In this document: positions 45,654 through 47,718 of the stretch, piece by piece | Position numbering within the stretch: the stretch's first letter is position 1 | Layout: every line of letters starts with the position of its first letter | Virus genome (UHGV): UHGV-0289063 | From: a virus | Length of the DNA: 47,718 bases | Strand: one strand, 5' to 3' | The notes under the pieces: model-generated | Seen by the model: only the letters and a program-made list of their open reading frames with translations | The model's database searches: none | Told to the model about the DNA's origin: nothing | Translations under genes and position numbers: made by a program

Positions 45654-45921
45654 CTCTTACTTTCTTGTTCAGGAGTTTCAGGAAGAGAACGGCGTCATTC
45701 GCCTGACGGTGAACACCACCAGCATTGGCAGCTCTGGCCGGTGGAAGGATGGCATCAGCTGGGATGCGTTGCAGGAGATAAAGTCAGCTGTTGGCTATGG
45801 GGATCGGGATGCCGTGGAGATTTACCCGCGGGATTCTGATGTGGTGAACGTGGCGAACATGCGCCACCTGTGGATTACGCCAGAGCCGATTAGCTTCGCC
45901 TGGCGTAAGGAGAGATTATGA
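45571..45921 (+). CDS. Hypothetical protein (start uncertain)
   Basis: ORF; ATGA-coupled to the following small gene. Confidence 0.35.
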   Translation: MIGILKPVPESQWPVRCHDPKRSNVWANSYFLVQEFQEENGVIRLTVNTTSIGSSGRWKDGISWDALQEIKSAVGYGDRDAVEIYPRDSDVVNVANMRHLWITPEPISFAWRKERL

Positions 45922-46088
45922 AGAGTAACGCGGCAGCGCGCCGTCTGCTTGGCATGAACCACTGGCGCAGCAATACGCAGCAAATGCAGTACGTTTCGTG
46001 GCATGTAGCAGCAAGAACAGGAAAACCAGCCCCTGGGTGGATTGCTGTGCGAACGCACAGTTCTGATTTCTGCTATTTCACCGACTGA
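45918..46088 (+). CDS. 56-aa hypothetical protein, below the ORF-track threshold
   Basis: Its ATG overlaps the upstream TGA (ttATGAag). Confidence 0.35.
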   Translation: MKSNAAARRLLGMNHWRSNTQQMQYVSWHVAARTGKPAPGWIAVRTHSSDFCYFTD

Positions 46089-46152
46089 CGCAACTGATAG
46101 CCAGTTATGAGCTGGCTATTGGGTGCGAAAGCACTGCTCCGTTATCCCTTTT

Positions 46153-46182
46153 GCCCGGCCCCGCGCCGGGCTTCTTTTTTTG
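46153..46182 (+). terminator. Strong intrinsic terminator ending the early-left operon, upstream of xis
   Basis: GCCCGGC-CCCGC-GCCGGGC followed by TTCTTTTTTTG. Confidence 0.8.
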
Positions 46183-46195
46183 CCTGGAGACACCC

Positions 46196-46438
46196 ATGAG
46201 CGAAATGACTTTAATCGTGCCCAACGACTGGGTAACACAAGATAAGCTCGTCGAGATTACCGGCCTTCGCCCGGGAACTATCGAGGCAGCTCGTAAAAAG
46301 TCCTGGATGGTTGGGCGCGAATATCTTCACGTTGCACCAGACGGTAATCCAAAAGAAAACAGCGAGTGCATGTACAACCGCAAGGCTGTCGACAAGTGGG
46401 TTGAGAGCATGTCAAAGAAACAGCCTGGTGCGCGCTAA
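46196..46438 (+). CDS. xis: Excisionase-like protein (small DNA-binding protein immediately upstream of int)
   Basis: 80 aa (MSEMTLIVPNDWVTQDKLVEITGLRPGTIEAARKKSWMVGREY...). RBS GGAGA. Its position relative to int is typical of lambdoid xis. Confidence 0.55.
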   Translation: MSEMTLIVPNDWVTQDKLVEITGLRPGTIEAARKKSWMVGREYLHVAPDGNPKENSECMYNRKAVDKWVESMSKKQPGAR

Positions 46439-46486
46439 TGAAGATCCGTTTATGCTTAGCGGGCTCTTGGACGTCAGGAGGGAATA

Positions 46487-47718
46487 ATGGCTAAGTCAGC
46501 ATACCCAACAGGCGTGGAGAACCATGGCGGTACGCTCCGCATATGGTTCATCTATAAAGGCAGCCGGGTGCGTGAAAGCCTCGGCGTGCCGGATACACCA
46601 AAAAACAGAAAGGTCGCTGGCGAGCTGCGCGCGTCGGTGTGCTTTTCGATTAAGACCGGCAACTTCAACTATGCGGCCCAGTTCCCAGACTCGCCTAACC
46701 TGAAAAGGTTTGGGGTGGAGAGCAAGGAAATCACCGTTCTGGAGCTGGCGAACAAGTGGCTTGAACTGAAGCGTATGGAGATCAGCACCAACGCGATGTC
46801 ACGCTATGCGTCTATAGCGCGCAACATGGTGCCCAGGATTGGTGGGGACAGGCTGGTATCTGCGGTAACGCAGGAAGATCTGCTGTTTATCAGAAAGGAA
46901 TTACTTACCGGTTATCACACCCTGAAGGCAGGACAGAAAACGCCGGTTAAAGGCCGCTCTGTCAGAACGGTCAACAACTACATGAAGATCATGGGCGGGA
47001 TGTTTAAGTTTGCCGCCGACAGCGGTTATGTCCGGGTGAATCCGTTTACCGGGATCGCCATGCTTAAGCGTTCTCGATGCGAGCCCGACCCGCTGACGCG
47101 TGAGGAGTTCGTCAGGATGATTAATGCCTGCGCCCACCAGCAGCTGAAAAACATGTGGTCGCTGGCCGTCTACACCGGTGTGCGCCACGGCGAACTCGTT
47201 TCGCTGGCCTGGGAAGATATCGACCTGAAAGCGGGCACAATGATGATCCGCCGGAACCACACGTTAACGAAGGAGTTCACCCTCCCGAAGACGGAGGCCG
47301 GGACGGACCGCATCATCAACCTTATTCAGCCAGCTATCGACGTGCTGAAGAGCCAGGCAGAATTAACACGCCTGGGTAAGCAGTATCAGGTTCAGGTGAA
47401 ACTGCGCGAGTATGGCCGTACTGATGTGCATCCGTGCACGTTCGTGTTCAACCCGCAGATCGCATCACGTAATGGCCGTGCCGGGCATCATTACGCAGTG
47501 GGGTCGATTAACCAGTCGTGGGAAGCGGCAATGCGACGCGCCGGGATTCGCTATCGCAGAGCATACCAGTCCCGACACACGTATGCATGCTGGTCGTTAG
47601 CTGCCGGTGCTAACCCGAACTTCATCGCGAAGCAAATGGGCCATACCGACGCGCAAATGGTTTACCGGGTGTACGGATCCTGGATGGCTGAAAATAACCA
47701 GGACCAAGTACTCATCCT
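46487..47718 (+). CDS. int: Tyrosine integrase (lambda Int family), C-terminally truncated by the window end
   Basis: RBS AGGAGG. N-terminal arm-binding-like domain (YPTGVENHGGTLRIWFIYKGSRVRESLG). C-terminal catalytic-domain motifs ...RHTYACW...GHTDAQMVYRVYGSW. Not in the ORF track because it lacks a stop within the window. Confidence 0.85.
   Translation, partial: MAKSAYPTGVENHGGTLRIWFIYKGSRVRESLGVPDTPKNRKVAGELRASVCFSIKTGNFNYAAQFPDSPNLKRFGVESKEITVLELANKWLELKRMEISTNAMSRYASIARNMVPRIGGDRLVSAVTQEDLLFIRKELLTGYHTLKAGQKTPVKGRSVRTVNNYMKIMGGMFKFAADSGYVRVNPFTGIAMLKRSRCEPDPLTREEFVRMINACAHQQLKNMWSLAVYTGVRHGELVSLAWEDIDLKAGTMMIRRNHTLTKEFTLPKTEAGTDRIINLIQPAIDVLKSQAELTRLGKQYQVQVKLREYGRTDVHPCTFVFNPQIASRNGRAGHHYAVGSINQSWEAAMRRAGIRYRRAYQSRHTYACWSLAAGANPNFIAKQMGHTDAQMVYRVYGSWMAENNQDQVLI

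Noticed and set aside
46901-47260. Minus-strand 119-aa ORF
   Set aside because: It lies antisense inside the integrase gene, which has an RBS and catalytic motifs.

Overview
The window is almost entirely a lambdoid (siphovirus-type) prophage of an enterobacterial host; one end is cut off inside the integrase gene. Gene order, left to right, is listed below.

1. A moron region next to the presumed prophage end (1-3700): a LexA-box-controlled gene for a UmuD'-like protein that lacks the catalytic serine, and a gtrA-gtrB-gtrC O-antigen glucosylation (seroconversion) operon.
2. The complete structural, packaging and lysis arm on the minus strand (3707-26469): tailspike with a C-terminal S74 chaperone domain, J-like tip protein, K/L/M-like minor tail proteins, tape measure, chaperone, Ig-domain major tail protein, connectors, major capsid protein, decoration, scaffold/protease, Mu-F-like protein, portal, TerL, TerS, a protein with an HExxH motif, and Rz/Rz1-endolysin-holin.
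3. The minus-strand early-right operon (26765-35601): Q-like antiterminator with tR'-type terminators, an HNH endonuclease insertion, NinG, NinB, Zn-ribbon and DUF551 proteins, DnaB-type helicase, O-like initiator with a lambda-type iteron origin inside it, and cro.
4. The immunity region: three ATAAC-N4-GTTAT operators, a leaderless cI-type S24 repressor, and a secreted moron protein co-transcribed with cI.
5. The plus-strand early-left operon (37486-46088), made of small Zn-finger proteins, a YqaJ-type exonuclease, a protein resembling the TGT/DpdA fold followed by a small nuclease-like protein and an MT-A70 (DPPW) adenine methyltransferase, a PD-(D/E)XK-like protein, TraR, and others.
6. 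Xis (46196-46438) and a lambda-family tyrosine integrase (46487 to the window end, truncated).

Many intrinsic terminators and translationally coupled (ATGA/TGATG) gene junctions can be read directly from the sequence. Several coupled ORFs fall below the 60-aa cutoff of the ORF track.

The most interesting candidates are:
- the lone DpdA-like transglycosylase next to the Dam-like methylase, a possible DNA hypermodification and anti-restriction module that would draw on host preQ0/preQ1;
- the pre-truncated, serine-less UmuD' mimic with a perfect SOS box and no umuC;
- the secreted protein expressed from the lysogenic cI operon;
- the direct repeats flanking an AT-rich segment at the extreme left end, which may mark the prophage boundary.
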